From positions 3,519-67,518 of the forward strand of contig JBNKDE010000013.1 of assembly GCA_050288105.1 (NCBI GenBank): a stretch of DNA of 64,000 nucleotides. Reading direction: 5' to 3'. Below the pieces are notes generated by a model. It was not told the origin of the DNA. It did no database searches and was given only the letters and a program-made list of their open reading frames with translations. The position numbers and the translations under genes are program-made. Below, piece by piece: positions 20,363 through 30,927 of the stretch (position 1 is the stretch's first letter; every line of letters begins with the position of its first letter). The stretch comes from Gammaproteobacteria bacterium (lineage in GTDB: Bacteria; Pseudomonadota; Gammaproteobacteria; GCA-001735895).

Positions 20363-20466
20363 ATCTTCAACACACCCTACTGGAACAAAAAATTGTAATG
20401 TCAGATACAGGTTAAATTAAATAGCTGGAAATTTAATTTATACCTGATCACTGAACCCTCGCAGTC

Positions 20467-20745
20467 TTGGCGGCGCTGGACAAAATCGGTTGTCCTTGGC
20501 GTATTGTGCTTTCTACCCTCAGTCTTGTAGGAATAAGGGCTGGAGTGCGAGCCAGATTGGGTATTTGCGTAAGAAGCGAAAGATGGCAGGAAGATAATCT
20601 GTGTATTGTAGACCAGGGTCTGCCAGCGTTACCTGATGTTAAACTGGCGATCCTGTCGGGCACGAACACAGAAGAAAAGGTAGTCGAGAGATTAAGAACA
20701 GCCTTACGCGGTGCGCTAAGTCAGTCAAGTAGAAATGAATATTAA
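20467..20745 (+). pseudogene. C-terminal fragment of a LysR regulator homologous to 9876-10739
   Basis: About 70-75% aa identity by eye to the last 88 aa of the intact LysR; lacks the HTH and a plausible start. Confidence 0.88.
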
Positions 20746-20874
20746 CCACAGAGCGCACAGAGCGCACAGAGTGCACGGAGTGGGATATTAAAATTTAAGG
20801 GCTTGATAGGAAAGAAGCACACAAAGGACTCAAAGAAAACGTTTTTCTCTGTGTCCTCTGTGTGCTCGGTGGTT
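20744..20874. repeat. Family A inverted repeat pair
   Basis: aaccacagagcgcacagagcgcacagagtgcacggag ... ctctgtgtcctctgtgtgctcggtggtt. Confidence 0.85.
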
Positions 20875-20882
20875 AGACAAAC

Positions 20883-22037
20883 CTATCGCTTGTCGATAGA
20901 TACATACTCGCGATTTTCCGGCCCAGTGTAGTTGGCGGAGGGTCGAATAATCTTGCCATCTTCACGCTGCTCGATCACATGCGCGCCCCAGCCGGAGACG
21001 CGGGAGATGACAAACAGCGGGGTGAACATGTCGGTCGGTACGCCCATCTGGTTGTAGGATACGGCGGAGAACCAGTCGAGGTTGGGGAACATTTTCTTGA
21101 TTTCCCACATCACCGATTCCAGGCGATCTGCGACGTCGTACATTTTGGTGTTACCCGCTTCGTCAGACAGTTGTTTGGCGACGCCTTTGATGACCTGATT
21201 ACGTGGGTCAGCGACGGTGTATACCGGGTGGCCGAATCCGATGACGATTTCCTTGTTGGCGACGCGTTGACGAATGTCTGCTTCGGCTTCGTCGGCGTTG
21301 TTGTAGCGACTCTGGATACGGAAGGCTTCTTCATTCGCGCCACCATGCTTGGGTCCACGCAGCGCGCCAATGGCGCCGGTGATGGCGGAATACATATCCG
21401 AGTTCGTGCCTGCGATGACGCGGGCGGTGAAGGTCGATGCATTGAATTCGTGCTCGGCATACAGGTTGAGCGAGGTGTGCATCGCACGTACCCAGGATTC
21501 GGGTGGCTTCTTGCCGTGTAATAAGTGCAGGAAGTGTCCGCCCAGCGAATCGTCGTCGGTTTCGACATTGATGCGCTTGCCATTTACCGCGAAGTGATAC
21601 CAGTACAGCAACGCAGAACCAAAGCTCGCCATCAGGCGGTCGATGATGTCGCGTGCTTCAGAAGCAGGATGGCTTTCCTTTTCTGGCAGGCAGGTGCCGA
21701 GGACGGAACAGGCGGTACGCATGACATCCATCGGGTGTGCGGTAGAGGGCAATGCCTCGAGGGCTTTTTTTACCGCTTTGGGCAGGCCGCGCATGGCCTT
21801 GAGTTTGGCTTTGTAGCTCGCTAGTTCAGAAGCGTTCGGCAGATGTCCGTGGATCAGCAGGTAGGCGATTTCTTCGAATTCGGCCTTGTCGGCGAAATCG
21901 AGAATGTCATAGCCACGGTAATGCAAATCGTTACCGGTACGGCCTACGGTACAGATCGCGGTATTGCCGGCTGCAGTGCCTGATAGTGCCACCGATTTTT
22001 TGGCTTTCGGTAAAACCTGGTTAGGATTTTCAGTCAT
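20883..22037 (-). CDS. prpC: 2-methylcitrate synthase
   Basis: [41 protein letters not shown]; follows prpB. Confidence 0.96.
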   Translation of the reverse strand: MTENPNQVLPKAKKSVALSGTAAGNTAICTVGRTGNDLHYRGYDILDFADKAEFEEIAYLLIHGHLPNASELASYKAKLKAMRGLPKAVKKALEALPSTAHPMDVMRTACSVLGTCLPEKESHPASEARDIIDRLMASFGSALLYWYHFAVNGKRINVETDDDSLGGHFLHLLHGKKPPESWVRAMHTSLNLYAEHEFNASTFTARVIAGTNSDMYSAITGAIGALRGPKHGGANEEAFRIQSRYNNADEAEADIRQRVANKEIVIGFGHPVYTVADPRNQVIKGVAKQLSDEAGNTKMYDVADRLESVMWEIKKMFPNLDWFSAVSYNQMGVPTDMFTPLFVISRVSGWGAHVIEQREDGKIIRPSANYTGPENREYVSIDKR

Positions 22038-22039
22038 AA

Positions 22040-22921
22040 TTATTTTTCCTCCGAAAACAGTGCATCCAGCTTTTGCTCGTAACTGTGATAATCAAGATAG
22101 TCATAAAGCTCCATACGGGTCTGCATGGTGTCAACGACATTCTGTTGTGTGCCATCGGCGATCAGGGCCTTGTACACCTTGAGTGCAGCCGCATTGGCGG
22201 CACGGAATGCAGATAATGGATACAGCGCAATATCGACATTGGCGGATGCCAGTTCTTCAGTGGTGAATAACGGGGTGGAGCCGAATTCAGTGATATTCGC
22301 CAGAATCGGCACCTTTACCGCGTCCTTGAACTGACGGTACATCTCCAGTTCGGTAATGGCTTCAGGGAAGATCATATCGGCACCGGCTTCGGCACAGGCG
22401 CAGGCGCGGTCAATAGCCGATTGCAGGCCTTCTACCGCCAGCGCATCGGTACGCGCCATGATGACGAAATTGGGATCGGTTTTGGCATCAACCGCGGCCT
22501 TGATGCGATCTACCATTTCTGCCTGTGACACGATCGCCTTGTTGGGGCGATGGCCACAACGTTTTTGCATCACCTGATCTTCGATATGGACCGCTGCCGC
22601 ACCCATCTTGGTCATAGAGCGAATGGCGCGCGCGATATTAAACGCACCACCCCAGCCCACATCGATATCGACCAGCACAGGCGCTTCAGTCACGTCAGTA
22701 ATACGACGCAGGTCGGTGAGTACATCTTCCAGCGTGGTGATACCGAGGTCAGGAATACCGCAGGAGCCGGCAGCTACGCCACCGCCCGAGATATACAGTG
22801 ATTTAAAACCAGAAGCCTCGGCCAGGCGGGCATGATAGGCATTGATTGCGCCTACGCACTGCAATGGCTTTTCAGTTGCGACCAGGTCGCGAAATTTCTT
22901 TCCGGGGGAAACTTGAAACAT
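22040..22921 (-). CDS. prpB: Methylisocitrate lyase
   Basis: KRCGHRPNK signature, [15 protein letters not shown]. Confidence 0.97.
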   Translation of the reverse strand: MFQVSPGKKFRDLVATEKPLQCVGAINAYHARLAEASGFKSLYISGGGVAAGSCGIPDLGITTLEDVLTDLRRITDVTEAPVLVDIDVGWGGAFNIARAIRSMTKMGAAAVHIEDQVMQKRCGHRPNKAIVSQAEMVDRIKAAVDAKTDPNFVIMARTDALAVEGLQSAIDRACACAEAGADMIFPEAITELEMYRQFKDAVKVPILANITEFGSTPLFTTEELASANVDIALYPLSAFRAANAAALKVYKALIADGTQQNVVDTMQTRMELYDYLDYHSYEQKLDALFSEEK

Positions 22922-22938
22922 AGTAATTCTCGCTAAGG

Positions 22939-24831
22939 TTATTTGGCGTAGCCCATTTCCTGCAGGGCTTCGGTAATTTCTTCCAGGATCACAGGGTCAT
23001 CGATAGTGGCAGGCATTTTCCATTCCTTACCGTCGGCGATACTCACCATAGTGCCGCGCAGGATCTTGCCGGAACGCGTTTTAGGCAGGCGTTTGACGAC
23101 ATGCGCCATCTTGAATGCGGCGACCGGACCGATCTGGTCGCGTACGCGCTGGATCAGTTCTTTAACAATTTCGGATTCGTCACGGTCTACACCGGCCTTG
23201 AGTACCACCAGTCCCAGCGGCATCTGGCCCTTGAGTTGATCGGCGACACCGATAACGGCACATTCAGCGACGTCGGCATGACCAGACAGCACCTCTTCCA
23301 TCGCGCCTGTCGACAGGCGGTGACCAGCGACGTTGATGACGTCATCGGTGCGGCTCATGATCCACAGGTAGCCATCGGCATCTTTGTAACCGGCATCACC
23401 AGTCAGGTAATAGCCTTTGTACTTGGACAGGTAAGAATCGATAAAGCGTTGATCATTACCCCAAAGACTGGGCAAGCATGATGGGGGTAAGGGTAACTTG
23501 ATGACGATATTACCCATTTCACCGTCGGCCATTTGTTCACCGTCTTCAGAAAGAATCTGGACATCGTAGCCGGGCATGGCGACGGTAGGTGATCCGGGTT
23601 TTACTTCCATCGGCTCTATGCCCATGGGGTTGGCGGCAATGCCCCAACCGGTTTCGGTCTGCCACCAGTGATCAATGACGGGCTTTTTGAGTTTATCGCG
23701 TGCCCAGAACAGCGTATCAGGATCACAGCGCTCACCAGCCAGGAACAGGGTATCCATGCAGGACAGGTCGTATTTTTTCAGGTACTCACCATCTGGGTCT
23801 TCTTTCTTGATCGCGCGGAAAGCGGTGGGGGCAGTAAATAGTACGCGTACCTTATGTTCACTGATGACACGCCAGAAAGCGCCGGGATCAGGTGTGCCTA
23901 CGGGTTTGCCTTCATAAAAGATGGTGGTGCAGCCTTTCAGTAATGGCGCGTAAACAATGTAACTATGGCCTACGACCCAGCCCACGTCTGAAGCCGCCCA
24001 GTAAACGTCACCGGCATCGACGTTGTAGAGGTTTTTCATGGTCCAGTTCATGGCGACAGCATGGCCACCATTGTCTCGGATAACCCCTTTGGGCTGTCCG
24101 GTAGTACCCGAGGTATACAGGATATACAGCGGGTCAGTTGCCAGTACGGGTACGCAATCTGTTGCTTCAGCGGCTTCTGCTGCGCTATCCCAGTCAATAT
24201 CTCGGCCAGCAATCAGGCTGGCTTCAGCCTGTGGGCGCGCCTTGATGATGCAGCTGCTTACCTTATGTTTGGCGATTTCAATGGCTTCGTCGAGCAGGGG
24301 TTTGTATTTGATTACACGTCCGGGTTCAATACCGCAACTGGCGCTGACAATCACGTTGGGTTTGGCATCGTCGATGCGGGTTGCCAGTTCATTTGCGGCG
24401 AATCCGCCGAATACTACCGAGTGTATGGCGCCAATTCTTGCGCAGGCGAGCATGGCGACCGCAGCTTCCGGAATCATCGGCATATAAATAATAACGCGAT
24501 CACCTTTTTTTACGCCCTGGCTGAGCAGCACGCTGCCAAATTTAGCAACCTGTTGCTGCAGTTCGGCGTAGCTGATCTTGCGCTGTGAATTGGTGATGGG
24601 TGAGTCATAGATAATCGCAGTCTGATCGCCGCGCCCCGACTCTACATGTCTGTCTACCGCGTTATAACAGGTATTAAATTCACCACCTACAAACCAGCGC
24701 GGAACGGGTTTGGCATCGCTATCCAGTACCTTGTCCCATTTTTTGTACCAGTGTAATTCCTCAGCAGCTTCTCCCCAGAAGGCTTCTGGGTCATTGATAG
24801 ACTGCTCATATAATTCGCTATATTTAGACAT
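22939..24831 (-). CDS. prpE: Propionyl-CoA synthetase
   Basis: [25 protein letters not shown]; operonic with prpB/prpC. Confidence 0.9.
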   Translation of the reverse strand: MSKYSELYEQSINDPEAFWGEAAEELHWYKKWDKVLDSDAKPVPRWFVGGEFNTCYNAVDRHVESGRGDQTAIIYDSPITNSQRKISYAELQQQVAKFGSVLLSQGVKKGDRVIIYMPMIPEAAVAMLACARIGAIHSVVFGGFAANELATRIDDAKPNVIVSASCGIEPGRVIKYKPLLDEAIEIAKHKVSSCIIKARPQAEASLIAGRDIDWDSAAEAAEATDCVPVLATDPLYILYTSGTTGQPKGVIRDNGGHAVAMNWTMKNLYNVDAGDVYWAASDVGWVVGHSYIVYAPLLKGCTTIFYEGKPVGTPDPGAFWRVISEHKVRVLFTAPTAFRAIKKEDPDGEYLKKYDLSCMDTLFLAGERCDPDTLFWARDKLKKPVIDHWWQTETGWGIAANPMGIEPMEVKPGSPTVAMPGYDVQILSEDGEQMADGEMGNIVIKLPLPPSCLPSLWGNDQRFIDSYLSKYKGYYLTGDAGYKDADGYLWIMSRTDDVINVAGHRLSTGAMEEVLSGHADVAECAVIGVADQLKGQMPLGLVVLKAGVDRDESEIVKELIQRVRDQIGPVAAFKMAHVVKRLPKTRSGKILRGTMVSIADGKEWKMPATIDDPVILEEITEALQEMGYAK

Positions 24832-24912
24832 GCTCTTTATTCCTCTGTTTGCTTACTATTTATTCGTTTTTAATATAATCCCGGCGTCAAGGGTCGCCTG
24901 TGGATTGGTATG

Positions 24913-25398
24913 TCAGGGTAGCGGCAATGCGTTAGCGCTGACAATGATGCCGTCATGGTCGGCATACAGGTATTCCCCTGGCAGGAAGGTGACACCCGCA
25001 AATTTAACCGCGACATCGACTTCACCAATATCTTTCTTTTCGCTTTTCATCGGGTGAGTGCCCAGCGCCTTTACCCCGATTGGCATCTGGCTAATGTCAT
25101 GACTGTCGCGAATGAGTCCGTACATCACGACGCCTGCCCAGCCATTCTGCACACCTTTGCCCGCCAGCATATCGCCCAGCATGGCACAGCGTTTCGAGCC
25201 ACCTGCATCCACCACCAGCACGCGTCCATTACCCGGGGTTGATAATTGCTGTCGCACCTTCGAATTGTCTTCGTAGCATTTGATGGTTGAAATCGGGCCA
25301 TAAAATACCGTGTTGCCGCCAAAACTGGAAAATCCAGGTTCTACCACACGTATCTGGTCGGCATAGTCATCACATAAATCGGCAGTTTTAAAAGTCAT
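24913..25398 (-). CDS. rraA: RraA family protein (RNase E regulator / HMG aldolase-oxaloacetate decarboxylase-like)
   Basis: TADLCD, EDNS.V, VLVVDAGGS.RCA..GD, G.IRD, YAD.DG. Confidence 0.9.
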   Translation of the reverse strand: MTFKTADLCDDYADQIRVVEPGFSSFGGNTVFYGPISTIKCYEDNSKVRQQLSTPGNGRVLVVDAGGSKRCAMLGDMLAGKGVQNGWAGVVMYGLIRDSHDISQMPIGVKALGTHPMKSEKKDIGEVDVAVKFAGVTFLPGEYLYADHDGIIVSANALPLP

Positions 25399-25604
25399 AA
25401 AATATCCCTAACTGATTGTCATTGAGTGCCCAATATACAAGGAGGGCAGATAATACCCACTGAAGTGGGGGTTTTCCTGTAGTGAATACCAATAGTCATC
25501 ATTGAAAACATCATTGCGTTTATCAATGCTTTTTCAATAAGCATTGCTTATTCCCCAAACAAAAAAATAAATATAGTTAAATCAATGGCTTGAAATTAGC
25601 TAAA

Positions 25605-27371
25605 TCAAGCCTGTTTGGCCACCTGAGTTAGCCGGGAGCTGTCTTCTGACGCAAATACCTGCTCAAAACGAATACGACTGGAGTAGGGGAATATATCGCG
25701 ATAACGATGATTCCTGATGTCTTCCTGCACTGATTTCCAGTATTCGGGTTGAAACAGCTCGGCGCATCGCTGCCGAATCAATCGCTTAAGCTCAGGATTG
25801 CCGGTAATAAATGCGATGAATTCTTCGGGAAAGGCATCGTACTCGCCTATCGAGTACCAGGGCTCGGCTGCCATTTCCTGTTCCAGCGTCATGGGCTCGG
25901 GTATATGGCGAAAGTTCATCGTGGTCATGAACTCAATCTCGTCGTAATCGTAAAAAATGACGCGACCATGACGGGTAACGCCAAAGTTCTTGAGTAGCAG
26001 GTCGCCAGGAAAGATATTGGCCACCGCCATATCGCGGATGGCCTGGGCATAGTCCAGCATGGCGGCCTCTGCATCATGATCGGGGTTATTGATATACAGG
26101 TTGAGCGGCTGCAGTCGGCGTTCGATATACAGATGACGAATGATTAGCATCTCATTCTCGATCTCCATACTGGAGGGGATTTTATCGTTTAGCTCCTGCA
26201 TCAATGCGGGCGAGATCCTGTCCAGCGGGAATGCCGCGTAGGAATACTCCAGCGTATCCGCCATGCGGCCAACGCGATCATGCATCTTGATGATCTGGTA
26301 TTTTTCCTTAACACGCTCGCGAGTGGTCTTCTTGGGCGGCGCAAACACATCGTTAATCACCTTGAATACATAGGGGTAGGACGGCAGGTTAAATACCGTC
26401 ATCACCATGCCCTTGATGCCGGGTGCGATTTCCAGCTGGTCCGATGAATGCTTTAGATGGTGCAGAAAATCGCGATAGAACTCGGATTTGCCCTGCTTCT
26501 GCAGGCCGATAGCGGTATAGATATCGGCCTTGGATTTGGTGGGCAGCATGCGCAGCAGGAAGTTGACCACTGCTGACGGGGTCTGGGTATCCACCATGAA
26601 ATAGGTACGCGCAAAACTGAACAGATTGGCAATGTCATTGGGTTCGTGAATCAGGGTATCGACATACACGGCACCCTGCTCATTGTTCAGTAGCGGGATT
26701 GCGAAAGGGATAATTTCATCGCCATTTACCCCCATACCGATGATGTAGCCTGCTTTATTGCGAAAAAACAGGCTGGTCAGCACACGAATCTGGAAATGGG
26801 TTCGGAACTTCATGCGCGGCAGAATCTGTTGCTTGATAATGGTGACGATGCGCCGCACATCGCGCTGAAAGTCGACATAAGGCAGAGTCAGGTTATTCAG
26901 TTGCAGGATTTGCCTGACCGTGTTGGTGAGACCGTGGCGCGTTGGGTAGTAACCGATGTAGGTTAGTTCATTATCGTCCAGGTACTCGGTGGACAGCCCC
27001 GGTCTAACGAAGATATTGTCGTTATTGTAGTAACGTCGATGAAACAGGGATGTGAATACGGAGTTATAAAAGGTTTCCGCAAGCTCCGGTTGATGGTGCT
27101 GGTAGAGCAGTTGCAGGTACCTGATTTTCACCTGTTTCCACAGCTGCTCATCGAAATCCTGTTCGGAAAACTGACGACGTAAAATGGCTTTGGTTTCGTC
27201 GACACGCTTGTTGTATAGCGTGATGCGTTTTTTAGCAGCCTTGCGATCATCGCTCCACTGGCAATTTTCAAAACGCTGCTGGGCCGCCTGGGTGATTTCC
27301 AGGAATATGCGATAGTGCTTGTTAAAGCCCTTGAGGATTGTTTTTGCTATCTGTTTGGCATCCGCTTGCAT
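25605..27371 (-). CDS. aceK: Isocitrate dehydrogenase kinase/phosphatase
   Basis: AETFYNSV, APGIKGMVM.VF, HDRVGRMADT, NIFPGD.LLKNFGVTRHGRVIFYDYDE; start at ATG 27371 preferred. Confidence 0.95.
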   Translation of the reverse strand: MQADAKQIAKTILKGFNKHYRIFLEITQAAQQRFENCQWSDDRKAAKKRITLYNKRVDETKAILRRQFSEQDFDEQLWKQVKIRYLQLLYQHHQPELAETFYNSVFTSLFHRRYYNNDNIFVRPGLSTEYLDDNELTYIGYYPTRHGLTNTVRQILQLNNLTLPYVDFQRDVRRIVTIIKQQILPRMKFRTHFQIRVLTSLFFRNKAGYIIGMGVNGDEIIPFAIPLLNNEQGAVYVDTLIHEPNDIANLFSFARTYFMVDTQTPSAVVNFLLRMLPTKSKADIYTAIGLQKQGKSEFYRDFLHHLKHSSDQLEIAPGIKGMVMTVFNLPSYPYVFKVINDVFAPPKKTTRERVKEKYQIIKMHDRVGRMADTLEYSYAAFPLDRISPALMQELNDKIPSSMEIENEMLIIRHLYIERRLQPLNLYINNPDHDAEAAMLDYAQAIRDMAVANIFPGDLLLKNFGVTRHGRVIFYDYDEIEFMTTMNFRHIPEPMTLEQEMAAEPWYSIGEYDAFPEEFIAFITGNPELKRLIRQRCAELFQPEYWKSVQEDIRNHRYRDIFPYSSRIRFEQVFASEDSSRLTQVAKQA

Positions 27372-27556
27372 GCAATAGTCTACCGATATGACTGATGACA
27401 GGCCCTGGTTGGCCGGGTCAACCATGGTAACGCGCTCAATAAGCAAGTGTAAGTACTTTTCAATACGTCAAAATGAGCACCCCGTTGCAGCTCGGTAGTG
27501 GATGAAAGCGGGAGAACATGCTTTAATGCTGAAAATTCAAAACGAGTTAGAGTTCA

Positions 27557-28285
27557 ATGATTAGAACCTTATCCATAGTATTGATTTTACACTCCTTTCT
27601 GTTGCCTACCTCAGCCCATGCTTTGCAGGACCAGGGCTTGAGTTCGGTGATGTCGATCATCGACCGCGCGATTGAAGAATACAATACCAAGGTCGAGCAA
27701 AACGCAGATGCCGATGCCGAACAGATCAAGAAAAATCAGCAAACGGCCACCGGCACCGTGGTCAATTTATCCCGTACTTTGGGCAAGCTCAGTTATTCGC
27801 GCCTGCAATGTGGTCAGGCTGAGGTGCTGGCCGAATTTACCCAGCGCGTACAGCAGTTACCGCAGGATTTTCGTGATCCAATGCGTGATGCCTTCCAGGA
27901 AGGGTTCGAACAGGGCAAAAAGGAAACCCCGCTGTTATCCGAGGATGAATGTGCCCGCCTGACCGAATCCCGCACACGTGGCGATAAGGAAGTGGAAGCC
28001 AAGGTAGATGGTGTTGAAGATACCCAGCAGAAACCCGAGCCCGAGCCAGAACCCGTTGTCGTCGAAGACCCCATTTTAAAACAGCTGAGGATTGCAGAAC
28101 TGTCAGGACAGCTCGCTTATCGTCGTAAATTCTGTGGGGATAAAAATGTAATCAGCCGGGATTTTAACGAAGTGATTGCGCAAATGCCTGAAGAATATCA
28201 GGAAGACGCAAAGGCTTCCTACTGGAAGGGCTACAAGCATGGCAAGCGATTGAATAAGGGGCTGACTAAGGATAAATGCTACTAG
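27557..28285 (+). CDS. Exported protein with two tandem helical Cys-pair domains (TIGR02301/DUF2385-like pattern)
   Basis: Signal peptide; two repeats of G.L.Y.R..CG...(F/Y)..G(F/Y)..GK.....L..D.C joined by a PEPEPEP linker. Confidence 0.7.
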   Translation: MIRTLSIVLILHSFLLPTSAHALQDQGLSSVMSIIDRAIEEYNTKVEQNADADAEQIKKNQQTATGTVVNLSRTLGKLSYSRLQCGQAEVLAEFTQRVQQLPQDFRDPMRDAFQEGFEQGKKETPLLSEDECARLTESRTRGDKEVEAKVDGVEDTQQKPEPEPEPVVVEDPILKQLRIAELSGQLAYRRKFCGDKNVISRDFNEVIAQMPEEYQEDAKASYWKGYKHGKRLNKGLTKDKCY

Positions 28286-28506
28286 GATAAATTGCTCTTT
28301 GCGTCAGGTTTTTTATCCCGAGGTTGAATTCCTGTCGAATCAGCAGGGAGTACCCCTTTTCCTGTAACCCTGTTATTAACCAACACTTATCTAAAGCTTT
28401 TTTAAAACTGCGGTTCTCGAGAATAAGCAGCATTAATTTTCGGACTCGCCTGGATCCACAACATTAAATCCATTATTCAGGAATTAATTAAATACAGGGA
28501 AATGTT

Positions 28507-29010
28507 ATGACAACAAAAGTATATATTTGGAAAAACTCACCACAAGATGTTGGTCATGTGTCAATGCAAGTCGGAGAGGCTTATATAAGCTTCTGGCCAA
28601 GAGGTGCTGCGAGTGCCAAAGGGGATATTAAATTAGGGGAAATGCATGACTCCAGTACTTCCAGCAATTATCGAGTAGACTGTCGCATAGAGGGGAGAAG
28701 TGCGGATAGGGTTGTTGAATTCAGCAGTCTTAACGAAGAAAAAATGATAGCGTATTGGAGACAGTTTATTCAGAATTCAATCAAATATAATATGCTCAAG
28801 TCGAATTGCTCCACTGTGATCGCATCTCTTCTTGAAGAGGGGTCTGATATAAAAGCACACAATACGCCAAATATAAAAATCACTGATTATGTGAGCAATC
28901 CTTTCATGCAGTGGATCCTGAAACTACGATTTTTAGGTGGTCATATCAACATGTGGACACCCAATGATGTCGAAATCTATGCACTTCAGGTTAAGAGTAA
29001 GAAGAAATAA
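28507..29010 (+). CDS. Permuted papain-like (NlpC/P60-type) His...Cys enzyme, function unknown
   Basis: GHVSM..., YISFWP, YNMLKSNC, WTPNDV; His precedes Cys; AT-rich. Confidence 0.65.
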   Translation: MTTKVYIWKNSPQDVGHVSMQVGEAYISFWPRGAASAKGDIKLGEMHDSSTSSNYRVDCRIEGRSADRVVEFSSLNEEKMIAYWRQFIQNSIKYNMLKSNCSTVIASLLEEGSDIKAHNTPNIKITDYVSNPFMQWILKLRFLGGHINMWTPNDVEIYALQVKSKKK

Positions 29011-29011
29011 A

Positions 29012-29980
29012 ATGAAGCCCTGTTTTGTTTATTCGAAAGGCTATGATTTCGGGTTTGATGCGCTGAGTTTATTTCACCCTTTCCATGGAAAAAAATTTAG
29101 CGATGCCTGGGATTTGTTTTCGGAGCAACATGCAGAAATGTCGGGGCTGTCCTGTATCAATCCTCAACAACCTATCAGCAATGAACAGCTGCTGAAAATC
29201 CACACCCAGGCATATCTGGATACCTTGAATCAGTCGGCCACCATCGCCAAAGTTGTTGAAATCAATATTGCCCGCTGGATTCCTGTTAGCTTATTGCAAA
29301 GCCGTTTGATGAACCCCATCAGATTGGCATGCAGTGGCACGTTACTGGCTGCAGAAACCGCATTAGAGCAACAGGCAATCGCGATGAATTTTGCAGGCGG
29401 TTATCATCATGCTTTTGCCGACCATGGTGAGGGGTTCTGTTTTTTTGCTGATGCAGCCTTAAGCATTCTACATTGCCGGGAAAAAGGGTTGTTGTCTGAT
29501 ACTGACAAGGTACTGATGATCGATCTTGATGCGCATCGAGGCAATGGTTTCGAAGCCGTTACCCGTAATGATCAAAGTGTATTTATTTTTGATATGTATA
29601 GCTTCCAGGTGTATCCGGGTTTGCATCCCGGAGATCCGGACGAGTTCCCCTATATGATTCCGCTTAAGTCTGGTATGCAGGGTGATCGCTACCTGAAAAT
29701 CCTGCAGGATGAATTACCCACTTTTCTCGAACAGCATAAAGATGCTGCGCTGGTGTTTTACAATGCGGGCAATGATATTCTCGAGGGTGATCCGCTTGGT
29801 GGATTGAATGTCGCTTACGACGATGTGGTTAAGCGAGACAGGATTGTTATTGATCAGTTGAATCGGCTTGAGACTCCCTCGGTAATTATGACCAGTGGTG
29901 GATACACACAGCGCTCCTTTCAGCTTATCGCCGAGATGGCTAGTTATCTGGTACGGCCTGGCCAAAATTCTGGGCTGTAG
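29012..29980 (+). CDS. Zn-dependent histone deacetylase family protein, class IV/HDAC11-like
   Basis: HPF, GGYHHA...GEGFC..AD, IDLDAH.GNG, YNAG.DILEGD.LG, TSGGY; ATG 1 nt after the upstream stop. Confidence 0.92.
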   Translation: MKPCFVYSKGYDFGFDALSLFHPFHGKKFSDAWDLFSEQHAEMSGLSCINPQQPISNEQLLKIHTQAYLDTLNQSATIAKVVEINIARWIPVSLLQSRLMNPIRLACSGTLLAAETALEQQAIAMNFAGGYHHAFADHGEGFCFFADAALSILHCREKGLLSDTDKVLMIDLDAHRGNGFEAVTRNDQSVFIFDMYSFQVYPGLHPGDPDEFPYMIPLKSGMQGDRYLKILQDELPTFLEQHKDAALVFYNAGNDILEGDPLGGLNVAYDDVVKRDRIVIDQLNRLETPSVIMTSGGYTQRSFQLIAEMASYLVRPGQNSGL

Positions 29981-29988
29981 TCTGTGCT

Positions 29989-30927
29989 CTATTTTTTTAT
30001 TTGCCCTGAATAAAGAATTCCATACAGGCTCACAATAACAACCCCTAAAGAGATCAGCTGGAAGCCCTGGATGGTTTCCTGAAGAAAGACTGCAGCCAGT
30101 ATCATGGTCACTAAAGGTGTCGGAGTGGTGATGGAGCTGGCAAGCGAAACATCCACATGCTTGACCGCGTAAAACCAGCTAATCAATTCCAGGTAGTAGA
30201 CAAAACCCATGCTGAATGCCGCCAGCTGGAAATCAATAATACTCATGCCCTGAAGCACGCTTTCCGGACCATTCACTGCAAGCGAAATAAAAAGTAAAAA
30301 TATCGCCGAGATCAATACCCTGAAGAATGTGATCTGGATGGGCGTAACAGGTGTGGTGTCGAGGGTGTTTTTGATGATGACATGCGCGATACTCCATAAA
30401 AACGGTACTGCCAGCGCCAGCAAAAACCAGGGGCTTAGGCCTGCGATTTTCCAGCTTCCCTGCGTACCCAGATAATATAAACCGGTAATGAGTAGAAAGG
30501 TAAACAACAGCTCCGCTGTGGTTTTCTTCCTGCTCAAGAACAGGCTCTCCCATAAAATCGCAAACAAAGGATAGGCCTGGATCGCGATAATGGCGCTGAC
30601 GGTGCCCGCCTTTTCTACTGAGAGCACATACAGGTAGGTAGATAAGCCAAAGATCAGGCCGGTAAGCAGGATGATGCTGAGCGTTTTATTCCTGATGGCG
30701 ATGGGAAGCTGTCGCGCTAATATGCCCTGAGTTTTATTTCGGTACTCATTCAGCAGTAGCGGTAAAGAGCAGATGAGCTGCCAGAATGATAGATAAAAAG
30801 CGAAGTTCAAAGCGTCTAATGCCGCCGGGCGACCATTAGAAATCACCGGAAGCAGGCCCAGTAATATCAGAGAGGTAAAAGCCAGCGAAATGCCAGTTTT
30901 TCTGTTGGGCTGAAACTGAGTATTCAT
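29989..30927 (-). CDS. DMT/EamA family transporter
   Basis: About 10 TM segments in two repeats; overlaps the dehydratase stop by 4 bp. Confidence 0.85.
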   Translation of the reverse strand: MNTQFQPNRKTGISLAFTSLILLGLLPVISNGRPAALDALNFAFYLSFWQLICSLPLLLNEYRNKTQGILARQLPIAIRNKTLSIILLTGLIFGLSTYLYVLSVEKAGTVSAIIAIQAYPLFAILWESLFLSRKKTTAELLFTFLLITGLYYLGTQGSWKIAGLSPWFLLALAVPFLWSIAHVIIKNTLDTTPVTPIQITFFRVLISAIFLLFISLAVNGPESVLQGMSIIDFQLAAFSMGFVYYLELISWFYAVKHVDVSLASSITTPTPLVTMILAAVFLQETIQGFQLISLGVVIVSLYGILYSGQIKK

